DNA from: Takakia lepidozioides
Taxonomy: Eukaryota; Plantae; Bryophyta
Assembly (NCBI GenBank): GCA_030704615.1
Contig: CM060733.1
Coordinates: forward strand, 28,458,001-28,522,000
DNA: 64,000 bases
Reading direction: 5' to 3'
Under the pieces are notes generated by a model. It searched no databases. It worked only from the letters and a program-made list of their open reading frames with translations, and was not told where the DNA came from. How positions within the stretch are numbered: position 1 is the stretch's first letter; each line of letters begins with the position of its first letter. The position numbers and the translations under genes are program-made. Of this stretch, positions 1 through 12,900 are shown piece by piece.

Positions 1-282
1 TGTAAGAGTGTACACTGCACGTCGAATGATCGTTGCTGGTTTATAATGTATTTAAGTTGGACATTATTGGGCATAGAGGAATATGTCTACAAATACCTCA
101 ATGCGGAGTGGCCATTCTTCTGAGAAGACATTCATCTTGAATGCAGGTCAACAGTCTGGTGAGAAAGTAGCGATAAAACGACTAGTGAAGATAGAGCCAT
201 GTATTAAGATACAGACTCAGTACGCTGCACCTGTGCATGCAACACCGCCTGACATTATTTTTGATGAAAAGAGTGTCGTGAG

Positions 283-1680
283 TTGTTTGCAAAGAAGTAT
301 GGTCTGTGCAATGAAGGCATCCCTCCAAGAGGTTTGAAGGTAGATAGGGATTGTACAGAGGATGAAGTTTACAAGCTCTTTGGACCGTTAGTGAATAAAA
401 ACGGGTACAACTATTTACACAATCCGGATGACGTAGAGCTTATAAGGAGGTTTGAGGAACTATACATGATAACCCACTAAAGGGGAGTTGTGCGAGCTTA
501 TCGTCTTGCTAACAAAGCGATAGGAATTGTATGTGAGAGGAAAAATAGGAAAGTGAATTGGGCTGTGTTTGAGAGATTACAAACAAGGTGGCCTTGCGCA
601 AAATACAGACCCAAGAGGCACTCGGAGCCAGAAAACGTAGCTTGTCTCTTGGTGAACATTGGAGGAAGGCGACATTGAACCTGCATAGCTTCCACCACTA
701 TCAACCGTCCATGCAACAAAGGACAGAGCCACTACATTTCAGTTGAGACGAGACGTCCCTTCCAAAATGGAAGACTTCGTCAGAGGGAATGTCGAGGGCA
801 CTGAGCAATGGCGAGATCTTCTATCTTCTTTGGACACAGAGCTAAAACTGTCCTGGGAGTCTCTTGAAAGGTTCAAAATGGCAAGAGAGAAGTCTCAAGA
901 AGATTTGATCAGAGTCAACTCTAAAATGCATGTCAACTCTAAAATGCATGATCGTGAAGAGTTACTTTCGAATGCAAACTTGAAGCTCGACTTGCTACTT
1001 AAGGAGCATGAGGCTGAAACCCTGAAGACGAGCGCATTTCCTTGTACAGACATTGAGACAGAAGAACAAGTTTCACGTCGTAGTACGGTGGAAAACCTGC
1101 ATCGAAGGATTGAGTCCTAGACGGGTATAGTTGAACACTTAAGGAACTCATGGGGGAGCGGGAAACTGAGCATGTCAGCATCTTGGAGAGGGCCCAGTTA
1201 GATGAAGAAGCGTGGTGCACAGCTGATGCTCGCTACCAAGTTTGCCAGAGACAGAAAGCGGCCGTTGCTCATCAGCTTCATGCTATGGAGCGTGGCCACA
1301 ATCGGCCTTCATTCAAACCCTCCCCAGTGTCGAACTCATTGTTCAATCTCTTGACTTGAAAACTTCAGAATTTCTAACGATTTCGAGTTGTGTTTTCTGT
1401 GGTAAAGGGTTTCAGCCTGTATGGGACTGTATGGTGGTTTCGTGCACTTATGCGTACCACGCATGGTGTGCTGTAGCTCATTTCTCCTCATCAACGACCT
1501 GTTTACACAAAGATTGCGGGCAGGAGATGCATAATGATTGGTGGACGAGTGTTGGCATCAAAAAACCATCAACTCGAACCTGTGATGCAGTTCATGCTGC
1601 TGGCCATTCGGAATATGAAACTCCCAACAAACATGAGGAGCAGGGCCAAGCGTTCAAAGGCAAGCCCAAAACCATCCTTA
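283..1680 (+). pseudogene. Decayed transposon-associated gene: N-terminal '...KVNWA' domain, long coiled coil, C-terminal RING-H2-like zinc finger
   Basis: ORFs 283-480 and 490-678 share a frame across one TAA. ORFs 743-1120 and 1150-1359 are heptad/Glu-rich. ORF 1242-1745 contains CVFC-x14-CTYAYHAWC-x10-CLHKDC (RING spacing, first His read as Tyr). Several frameshifts separate the pieces. Confidence 0.6.
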
Positions 1681-3559
1681 TTCATTTCACTCCATTTTCT
1701 GCCTTTGTACTGAGCCCAGAATCTTCGCTCGTTTTCTCGAGATAAGTCCCATCGTCTTCCTTAACAATATGGGGTTCCAATGATGTAGTCTTTGGCTCCA
1801 AGGCTCTGCATCCATATGCACCCCATTTGTCCAATGTCATCCATAGAATCAATTGGAATTTCACCATAGTACTTGAGCTCCCCAACGTTACACATGTAGT
1901 GTTCAATGCATGACAGATGGAGTCCTTTGTCAACCCTTCACTTCATTTTGTTTCCTGAAATGCACATTTTCTCTCCATGTCTCTTCTATCAGTCTTCCCA
2001 CGTATTCACTACCCTCCCTGTCAATACTTCACTCCATTTTGTTTCCTCGAATTCACATGATTTGTCCATGACCATGGTGCTAGTCTTCCAAATATTCACT
2101 TCACTTCACTCTCCACCCTTGTTTTCCATTCATTTCCTGGAATGCACTCTGTTTGTCCATGTCATTGTCTGAAGTTTCCATAGTATGGATTAACTCCATG
2201 TTCATCCAGGGTTGTCATCTCTTACTTCTTAGAGAGTCCACAAGCTGCCTAGGAGAGTCCATTCTTACTCCATATATGTTCACTAGAATATATATTTGGA
2301 GTCCATGGCTACTATCTATTCATATGTCATGAACTGACACCTTCTCACTACATTGTGATGTCATGATTGTTGGGTGGGAGCAGCCCCAACCCGCACTTCA
2401 ATATCAGTTTCACACAAGAGCCGTATTTCTCGCGTGCATTCCCGTGTCGGAGCATCTTTGCTTAGCCCATCCGTGGCCAGCATTGACATGGCTGCCACAT
2501 TGAAGCAACCAGAGGCTAATGGGCTGCATGAGGTGACCTCTCCAAATTCTAAGCTATACAATCACAAGGCACAGTTGGAAGTTGATCTACATCATCACAT
2601 GGAACAACATACAGGACTCGACACTGTTCTGAAAGCAGATGTTGCGGCTATGATCACCCTGGTACATCCCAACAGAAAATGGTAAAGAAACAATTGAGCA
2701 TGGCTGACAATGACTTGCAGAATTTGGACACTACTGACCCCTACTCTCATTCTGATACCAGCAATGGTATTGCGGCCCTGGATGCTGCTATGCAAGATGA
2801 TGCATTATCCCCAACACCCGTGTTGAGAAAGTCCAACAAACAGGTTGCCATTGAAAACCATGAGGGACTTTTCCCTAGAAAGAAGCCTAGAAAACCTATT
2901 GTTCCTGTGAATCAACGTCGATCTACAGCAAAGAACACCAGGGCTGCAGGATTGAAGACACGACAGATGCACAAGTAGTCAACCCTGGTGAGGTATGCAG
3001 CTCCTGTTCCCAGTTATTTGGTATTTGCATTATATTCAGATTGTTATGGTAGCACACCGTAATCTTTACCAATCTGCAGGATGCTACTCTATGAAACAAA
3101 GTAGCTACATAGATCATGAATGTACCTAGACACTCACACCTTTCTAGTACCACATCTACAGGCGCATAACCTGCTTCCTTCATCTGCCAGACAATCTTCT
3201 CAGCTCAGCAGGGACTTATTCAATTTTGCAATGCTGATTGTCATGGGAGCACGCTCTAATCTGTCCCAATCTGCAGGATGCTACTCTATGAGTATATCGA
3301 TGTGAGCAGTATGGAGCAGTGGCTGCATGGACATATGGCATAGTCTAGTACAGTGACACTGGAGCACAGTCTGAGCTGTCTGAGGTGAAGTTTTGATTAT
3401 TGCACAAGTTTTGTTGAGAGTTCAATAGAAAGTGACATTGTAATCATTTGTACTACCCAGCCTCTGGCTATTTTGGAATTTGGCAGTTTGTCAATGGCAA
3501 CTTGGAATTCGGTATCTATGGATGTGTCTGAGCTGTCTGAGCATGGCCATTAATGTCAA

Positions 3560-4339
3560 GGTTTTGGTTTGAATACTATAGTGAGTACCCACACCAAATT
3601 GCAGTAAGCACTTCCTGCTCTCACCTTCTCCCCCTCTTTCCAGCTCCATGTAACCCAGTATAAGCAGGGCCTATGGTCTAAAGAAGACACTAGAAAAAAC
3701 ATAGGATAAATCGCAGTCCCCTCCCCTTTGTGTATTAGCTTTCATTTCCATGCAGATTTCAGCTCTCAATCTATAGTTCCTGGGGAATTTTCTATCAGAG
3801 CTGACCCTTCTGGAGTATCCCTTCCTGAAATACCTGCCTTCTTTAATAGCAGCCACTGCTGTCTTCATGGCTAAGCTCACCCTTGATTCCGAATCAAGCC
3901 CCTGGGTAAGTATACAGAAGCCCTTGTTGAATGAATGCCAAATGTCTTCCCAAGTTAGGAAGTCTGGCGGAGGTATGTGCTGCTGCAAAAATGTGTCTGT
4001 AAAATATTAAGTGCTACTGTGGCCTTAAGATAACAACAGCAGTGAAGAGAAACGCACCAAATTGTCCACCACCTGTTCGTAGGTAGCCTCTCTAGCGTCA
4101 GCCCTGCCAGGCAACAACAAATGTTTTATTATATCAATACCATCCAACATTTCCTCAAAACTTCGCCAGTCAGCTACATCACCAAAGGTGACAGAGGACT
4201 GCGAAGACCTGAGAGATAAGGCATGACGCTGTGAGTTAGGCTGACGACAAATATTCTCTACTGCCAAATTGGTGTTATACCCATCTGTACCAGCTGATAC
4301 ATGTAACATCCAAAGTATCCATAGAGGGGTAGATGGCAA
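3560..4339 (-). pseudogene. Degraded coding sequence of unrecognised family
   Basis: Collinear protein-like ORFs 4025-4339 and 3671-3988 are in one frame. Reading continues past the TAG at 3671 (ALLILGYMELERGG...). No motif recognised. Confidence 0.3.
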
Positions 4340-5379
4340 ACAATTGGCATTTTATTTTCTAAGCTCCTCTCATTGCTCACGTTTAGCTAGAACAGCTGGC
4401 TGAGATGCTGTTTGCCATGAAGGAGGGATGAATAGTTCCCCAGCTAGGAACCTGATGCCAAAAGCAAAACAATTTCAAACTAGACACCTCTTATATATGA
4501 CCATCTTTTCGCCTTCTTTTCCCCTTTATTCTGTTTCAGCTCCAGGGATTGCACGTCCTCTGGCCTTTTATATGCATAACATCTTAAGAAGAGTGAATTC
4601 AACGAATGACACACATGAGAAGAAGTGGAAATGTCATCTTCCACTCCAAAGGGCTCTGTAGGGGTATTTTATTTTTGTATTTATAAGGGGTTTCTGGTGT
4701 TTTTGAAATGGCTTAGTCAGCACACATCTCAGACTATTCAAATCATTCTTATCTTTGCAAGCCTTTAACCATACATATTGTGCGATGACCAACCAAGAGT
4801 CTCAGCAACTGATGCCGACAAATTGCATCAAAGTCCAGTCTAGTTAGCTTAGTTATGGATGGTTGCATCCCTACCTGTCCTGTTGAACATATTCAAGTTA
4901 ACCATGAACAGTTTGAGAACAATAGCATCAGGGGAGGCCGCCAGGAGCTCAAACACCAAAGTGTCAGGGCTCTAAATTTATAAAAGACAAAATAGTGAGT
5001 ACACATGACCATGTTCTCAAACACTAGATGTACAATACACGCCCTGTTGAATGTCAGGTTCTAATGTAGGGGACTCTGTATCGACAGTCCGTGAACCATT
5101 TCTTACATGAATCACGCTACATCCGAGCCATTTGCTGCCACATTGCTTGTTACTCAGCTTAAATGTTTCTCTATGCCTTCTTCTCTCTCCCAGCAAAGAA
5201 AGAAGAGCAAGATCTTGTGCGCATTCATCGTGTCTCTTGTCAATCCTAACTGTGATCAGAATTTGATCCTTAGATTACACAATCCCCCCATTCAAGGTTT
5301 GTATATCACGACATTTGGTTTCTTGAAAAATGAACCAAAAGAAAAAACCGAGGCCCGAGTTTATTTAATAGTAAAGTAG

Positions 5380-5840
5380 TGAGATTCATGAAAAAATAAA
5401 ACTATGTGCTACTTTCGAGGGGGAAGGGCGGGCAGGAAGATTTGAACTCTAGCCTTAAGGGACTCCAATAACTGTCCTAATCATTGCACTATCAATACTA
5501 ATTCAAGATATTGTGTCATGTTAATTAGTTATAATAGAAAAAGAGATAGATTCCCAAGAAAAAAAAACTGAGTACTACTTTTGAGGGGGGTATGACGGGC
5601 AGGGGATTCGGCCCCCAATCCTATGGGACCCCAGTACTTGTCCCAACCATCACACTATCGCGACCAATTCAATATAACTGCGTCATGTTAATAAGTTAAT
5701 AGCAAAGTAGAGAGATTCCCAAGAAAATAAAACCTAATTACTACTTTTGAGGGGGAGGACGGGCAGGGGGATTCGACCCCCAACCCTAGGCAGCCGCAGT
5801 AACTTTCCTAACCATTACACTACCAATTCCGATTCAAAGG
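5380..5840 (-). repeat. Three tandem ~166-bp tRNA-derived units (A box, B box, T-run)
   Basis: Minus-strand A boxes TAGTGCAATGA, TAGTGTGATGG and TAGTGTAATGG (5481-5491, 5647-5657, 5812-5822). B boxes AGTTCAAATCT, GGGCCGAATCC and GGGTCGAATCC (5438-5448, 5604-5614, 5769-5779). A-to-B spacing is 43 nt, and a T-run follows each unit. Confidence 0.65.
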
Positions 5841-7301
5841 TGGTCCTGTTATTTATTAAAAATCAAATATAGGGCCTGGGGTTTGGGCCAGCGAGGGGGC
5901 GACCCTCCCTTGTCCACGCTGCTCCCAGGCACTTCCAAAACTTTCCAAAGTGGCCATTAACATTTTCCAACCTTTTCCATTGTTTTCAATACAGAATCCA
6001 AAATCTCCAAAGTCCACAACTTTGCATATCCTGATAATAATTCCCAAAATATCCATTTAGGTTCCACAAATGTCCACAAAGGCCCACAAACACCGTATAT
6101 TACGTGCTATGTTTAGGGATATAAACGATTTTTTTTTCGCTCCGTTCTTCTTCCCCAAGCTTACTAACAAGATGCATAGTGTGCATGCAAAGTTTCAAAT
6201 CCAACTAAAATCATGTAGACCACAAACCACATGTGGTCATTTGTGAGGGCTTAGTTTTACTTCACCTTCCTACACTCTTCATGTGAAGTGTGCAAAAGTA
6301 GCAAAGATGACAAGTTCCAAAAAAAAATTTAAAAAAAAAATCCTATCTTTTGCATGGGTGTAGTGTGATGAGTGCTAATGGTTGCACAACAAGAATGAGG
6401 CCCAAAACAATTAAAATCTAGGAGAAAACCTCGTACAATGGAAATTTGTGGACATTTATGGAAAGCACTTTCTAATGTCGAATTCCAGTAACCACGAGAA
6501 GTTTGCCCCAACTTGGTCACAAATTGGTCACAAATTGGTCACCACTTCCCATGAATGTCCACAAAGTTCCATTGTATGAGGTTTTCTCTTAGATTTTAAA
6601 TTTTTTGGGCCTCATTCTTGTTGTGCAACCATTAGCACTCATCACACTACACCCATGCAAAAGATAGGATTTTTTTTAAAAAAAAAAGTCTTGGAACTTG
6701 TCATCTTTGATACTTTTGCACACTTCACATGAAGAGTGTAGGAAGTTGAAGTTTTGAGTGCCCTCACAAATGACCACATGTGGTTTGTGGTCTACATGAT
6801 TTTAGTTGGATTTGAAACTTTGCGTGCACACTATGCATCTTGTTAGTAAGCTTGGGGAAGAAGAACGAAGCGAAAAAAAAATCGTTTATATCCTTAAACA
6901 TAGCACGTAATATTCGGTGTTTGTGGACCTTTGTGGAACCTAAATGGACATTTTGGGAAGGATATGCAAAGTTGTGAACTTTGGAGATTTTGGATTCTGT
7001 ATTGAAAACAATGGAAAAGTTTGGAAAACATTAATGGCCACTTTGGAAAGTTTTGGACGGTGATGGTAGTCCCCCGGAGCATGGTGGACAAGGCAGGGTC
7101 TAGTGGGCCCATGCTAGCCCAAACCCCAGGCCCTCTATGATTTTAAATAAATAAATAACATGACTAGATTGTTTTTGAATTGCCATTGGTAGCGTAATGG
7201 TTAGGACAGTCATAGGGGTCCCAAAGGGCTGGAGGTCAAATTCCACCTGCCCGCCGTCCCCCTCAACAGTACTTGTTTTTTTTTCTATTTTTGGAATCTC
7301 T
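5710..7301. mobile_element. Foldback (long inverted repeat) element with ~750-bp arms and an ~80-bp spacer
   Basis: 5710-6465 is the reverse complement of 6545-7301 (e.g. ccttttccattgttttcaatacagaatccaaaatctccaaag vs ctttggagattttggattctgtattgaaaacaatggaaaag). The spacer contains (aattggtcaca)x3. No ORF or TSD seen. Confidence 0.85.
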
Positions 7302-8386
7302 TCTGGAATGCTGAGTCCAGCACTACCATCAGGAGAGATGTACCCAATAATTTTGGCTTACTGTCGCTGTCTGGGCCAGAGATGCATGCCTAGCTAGGAT
7401 GGAGCAGAAAAGAACACTCTCCAATGTGATTGGTGCTGGTCTCATAATGCAACAGGCATTCACCTTTTTGCCTTGATTGTCCCACCATTGACTGGGGTCA
7501 GAAAAGTATTCATTCCACAGCTTCTTGTGGTCTCCATTACCTGTTTCTGGATTCTTTCATGTTGTCACATTGTCAAAGTCACTCCAAACCACAAAGGTTC
7601 ACTCAACCAGCTAACTTGCAAAATTCAACATGAAAATTTAGAGCCGTTAATGATAAGAGGGAAAAACAGGGTGAAATGTGTCATTAGCAGTGCCTGATTT
7701 TATCAATTGTGCCGCTGCTGCTGCGGCTTCCAGTTGACCATCTACCCATGGATGAATCTGGACCCACACTCTATCCCTGCTCCTTCAGCTATCTATGCCT
7801 TTGCACAAATCATGCATACATCCTTGCTTTGCTGCTAGCAGCTAACAATGACAGCCTTGAATTGCTCAAGCAAACACTCCAACCCTACCTATCACACTAG
7901 TTCCTATGCTAACTTGCGTCTGCTTCCATTGTGCATTCACCTCTTTGCCTCGATTGTTCCACCACTGACTGGGTCGGAAACGTATTCATTCCAGAGCTTC
8001 TCCTCGTTTTTCGATACTTTCCTGTTATCACATTGGCAGTAATATGCCAAAATCACTCCAAAACCACCATAGATCGGCCACCAACGAGCTAAGAGCCCAC
8101 ATTTGCATGATGGACAAACATCTTCACATCGTACCTTAAGAAAAATCCACACCTTGCGATTGCGGTTGTCCCACCATCAAGAAGGATCTTTATAAAACTC
8201 ATGCCAGCTCTGCTCCGTGCTGCAAATTCAGGGCCGAGTCTGATGAGAGGGCAAAACAGGCTGAAATAGGTCAAAGAAGAAGGTGCCCTCACCACATTGT
8301 CCTCGACCTTGTGTCATGACCTACGGAGGATTTGATTGATCATGAACCAAGAGGACCTCTTGTGTGTGCTGCTTGTGTCTGTAGTC

Positions 8387-9428
8387 AGGGCTGCCAGGAT
8401 TTGCACAAGCATTGCAAATGCACACAAACATGATGTGGCGAGGCTTCACCCCTTCCCCCATCATTTCCTCATAGGTCTCCAAAGCATCCATCCCACGTCC
8501 ATGTTGTGCATACCCTGCAAGCATCGCCTCAACGACACCACATCTCGTTCAGCCATAGTGTTGAACACTCCCTTTGCATCCTCGATGCACCCACATTTTG
8601 CAAACATGTCCACCAGGGTATTGTTCAGAATGACATTTTGTACAATTCCAGCTCTGAAGGTATCGCCGTGGACCTGTTTCCCCTTTTCGAGAGCTGCCAG
8701 GGCAGTGTTCAGACTGACATTTGGTACAATTCCACCTTTGATGATATCCCCATGCACCTCTTTGCCCTTCTCCAGGGCTGCCAGGCTTGCACAAGCATTG
8801 CAAATGCAAACAAACATGATGTGGCCGGGTTCACCCCTTCCCCCATCATTTCCTCATAGGTCACCAAAGCCTCCATCCCACGTCCATGCTGTGCATACCC
8901 TGCAAGCATCGCCTCCACGACACCACATCTCGTTCAGCCATAGTGTTGAACACTCCCTTTGCATCCTCGATGCACGCACATTTTGCAAACATGTCCACCA
9001 GGGTATTGTTCAGAATGACATTTGGAACAATTCCAGCTCTGAAGATACCGCCGTGGACCTGTTTCCCCTTTTCTAGAGCTGCCAGGGCAGTGTTCAGACT
9101 CACATTTGGTACAATTCCAGCTTTGATGATATCCCCATGCACCTCTTTGCCCTTCTCCAGGGTTGCCAGGATTTGCACAAGCATTGCAAATGCACACAAA
9201 CATGATGTGGTGAGGCTTCACCCCTTCCCCCACCATTTCCTCATAGGTCTCCAAAGCCTCCATCTCACGTCCCTGTTGTGCATACCCTGCAAGCATCGCC
9301 TCCACGACACCACATCTCGTTCAGCCATAGTGTTGAACACTCCCTTTGCATCCTCGATGCACGCACATTTTGCAAACATGTCCACCAGGGTATTGTTCAG
9401 AATGACAGTTGGTACAATTCCAGCTCTG
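8387..9428 (-). pseudogene. PLS-class pentatricopeptide repeat (PPR) fragment in ~2.7 tandem copies of a ~386-bp unit
   Basis: Motifs NTLVDMFAKCACIEDAKGVFNTMAERDVVSW, AMLAGYAQHGRGMEAL and FVCICNACASLAALEKGKEVHG. The anchor catcgcctc recurs at 8522, 8907 and 9294. Every unit is frameshifted. Confidence 0.9.
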
Positions 9429-9935
9429 AGTCTGACTGCAACACCTGCAGCTGCTTTGCAAGCCCATACCCCACTCAACCCACAGACCCTATATCCTAAG
9501 ACCAAATGATTCCAAAAAAATCCTTTGCCCTCTAGGCGAAAGCCAAAGTGAAGGGGCAGTTCCAACAAAGGCTGGTGATTGTCAGTCACGATAAAAATGG
9601 GGCAGAACACATGCAAGAGTACTTTCAATAATTGAGGGACTGAACAAGCTGTCACTTCAAGTAGGAAAATGCAGCAACTATGTGGCTCCTTTCCGACCCC
9701 TGAACAGATGCTGAAACCCATGTGGGGCTTGAACCCACTGGCATGCCCAGCCAATTCAGGCTTGCATGTGGGTGAAATGTTAGGGCAAACTGCAAGTACT
9801 ATGAACTATTGCTCAGACAGTCCATTGTACTTGCCCCCCTTTAGGTGGCATAATATGGATGCAATGGATGCAAATGAACCCGCGAGCAAATGGATGCAAT
9901 GCAAATGCATACACATACACAACCCCTTTGTACGC

Positions 9936-12900
9936 CTAATCGTCGTTTGAATCCAGTGCTGCAATTGCAGCCCTTACCCCATCTTCAGCGTATTCCGGCA
10001 ACTTATAAACCATATCATTCCCTGCAACCCTGTGATCAGCTGGAACCATAGGAAACTTGATGGCTCGTACATGTTCCGAGTGCATATAGACCACCTGTGA
10101 ATTCTTGAGAAGGACATAAGTGTCCTCCCCTGTCCCCCACTTTTGGTAGTATTTTCCAGCGACAACCATGTCTCCTTGGACAAACTCTGTGCCCCATGCA
10201 TCAGTGAATGGGTTCTTCACTGCATGAAGAGCAGCAACACAGCAAATGACATAAAAGTCAACACCCTCATCGTTCTCTTCCTCTGCATTTACGGCAAAAT
10301 TGTCTCCTATGTCAATGAGGGAGGCAAGGTAATCACCATTGACTCCAAATTGATCAAAATCCTCGTCAGCCACTTCTTGTATGGCATGCCGCACTGCAGC
10401 AGTGTTTTTAGGGATCAAAATTTCCAGCTCCCACTGTCCAGTCCAAGCTGCATTCACGCAGTCTCTCCACTGTGAATCAAGGCAAAAACAGCAGAAGCAT
10501 GCCAAGTTTTTTTTCATCAGCTTGTTAGTATCTCCACTGGCAACAGAGCGTACCGAATGTAGTTTCTTTGATCCCTTTACAGGATCACAGTCATGTGCAT
10601 TATGACGATTGACATCTCTTTCTTTCACATTCCAGAATACGCGGCACACATCTCGTTTCACCCCTGAGTATGAAGACAGATGCTCTTTCAGAAACAAAAC
10701 CACATCTTCTGCATTTTGCAGCTTTGGACCATGCGCATCTAGTTGATGGTAGCGAAGGAATCTTTTGATAACTGCGCCAGCCCCATCGTGAGGGCCCTTG
10801 CCATGCCCTGTACCAAGAAACTCCAAAGCAACACACACCCTCCTGTGAGAAAAGGGTATCTACTGACAAAATACCACAGCACCTTGCTCTTGAATTGGGC
10901 AGAGCACCCATCACTCCATATCCAGTGTTGCGTAGGGTGAAACAATGTAGTGGTCACATGTTCCCAATGTAGCATCATGCAATGCTGAACAAAATAATTG
11001 TCATGTACTTTGTCGTCGGAAATAAAGAAATGGTACTCCATCAAACTGTCAGAGGCAGGGTCAAGTACACCTTGTTGGGGATTTCGACGCCAAGATATTA
11101 GAACCAAAATAGTGACTTGGTATGAATGCCAGTGCATGCTTTGCACTTCATTCTGGACTTCAAAACTATTATTTTCAGAAAAGTCCACAACTGAAACCAA
11201 TACATCAGCTGGAAAATTCTTCAAGCATTCCTTGAATTGTTTGTCAACCCATCGAGCCACGAAATTGTGACGAATGAAAAACTGGAGTTTAGGCTTCAAA
11301 TACCGTACTAACTCGTGAGGTGGTGTCTGCTTGTACATGAGAGTAAGTTTCTTTCTCTCTTTCTCTCTTGTCCCTTCTTCGTAATGATTGTTTGCAAATC
11401 AAAGTGCTTCCACTCCACAATATGCTGTGAGGAACCATCCTCCTCGATTGGACAGAGGGAGATTATCAGCACCACACATCAGACACTCTCCATACATACA
11501 CTCTCTCTTGTGCCATTCCGCATACTCCTCCTTAGGGCACACCACGGACTCCCACATAAGAGTAAGTCTATCAAAGGTGGTGAATGCAACCATGCAGCCA
11601 TTCATACCATTCCATTGGCATACATCATCACAGTCACATTCACATTCAGCAGTGGAATGAATACCCGACTTTGTTCGCATGTTATTGAAGCCCAACCGCA
11701 ACTCCTCCATTTCCACATGGTAAATGCAGCAGCATACATTTCTGTCTTTCATTTGTTTCACAAAAAAAGGTTTCAATGCATCAAAAGAACGTTTCCCTAT
11801 GATGGTAGTCGGGTTGGCTCTTTGAAATCGCAAATAAAAGTCCATCTACACAGGCAAAACAGTTATTAACAAAACAACATGGTTGCAACTCCACAAAGTT
11901 GACAATGAATAAAAAATACTCCAAATACAATCCAGAAACCTCCACAGCTGCAACTACTCCCTTATTTTCCACATAAATACCATGCCAATCACTATGAAGT
12001 CCATAGTTAGTCCATGGCAAGTCCATATGAAGATGTTGCATTCACAAACAACACATACACTCCATGAATACTCCACCAACAATCCAAGACATTCCAGAAT
12101 TTGAACAATGAACTGCACCATGGATAGGCAGTCCCCATTTTTCAACATGACTAGGCGCACACTACTACAAAGGTCCAAGTGTCTCCCCAACAAATCACTA
12201 TGAATGTCATCACTCCCATGTGAACCTGCTGCATACCCAAAAACAGCAATGAGAACCTCCTACATTCCCCAAAATGATAGAGAATTCCAGATTTCAAAGT
12301 AAGGGCAAAGTGAGGGATTCAATGCAAGGTACACACCTGAGGCTCCATGAGGTAGTGGGTAGGTTTTTCATCGTAATTAAATGCTTTCAAACGTTTTCTG
12401 GTGACATCCTTTCGATTAGGGCTGACTCGTGTTTAAAACACCCACCAGGAAACCACCAACGTTTTTGTTGCCTCTGAAAGAATGTCACATCTGGGCTTTC
12501 TTAAGGACTGAGTCCAGGGAATGTGAGCAATTGAATCCACGAGTTTTTGCCGCTCCACAGCCAAAATGACGTTTCGATGGTGGATACCAAGCACTTGAGC
12601 CTTAGATCGTAGGGAAGTTCCAGACCCGCCTCTCACAACAGCATTCAAAAGCGCATGTTTTTGGCCAAAGTATCTGCTGATTTTGCCATTTTCAGCTCAG
12701 ACAGGGACTTTATCAGTCCGTCTATGACCTCCTGTTGTGCTTCGACAATCTTAGGATCTTGAACGTAAGCAGGAAACAAAGTGGAGACTGACGGGTGTGA
12801 AAGGACCTTCTCCAAGACGAGCTTCTTGCTCGCAAGTCCAGGGAATATGGACAATGTTTTCGAAATGCACTCAGTAATACAGTGTGCAGCCCTTCTCACT

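Noticed and set aside
5410-5830. Functional tRNA genes
   Set aside because: A/B boxes are present but there is no consistent acceptor or anticodon stem, and the copies diverge freely.
8336-9509. Plus-strand 246-aa and 207-aa ORFs as genes
   Set aside because: They are antisense shadows of the PPR repeats.
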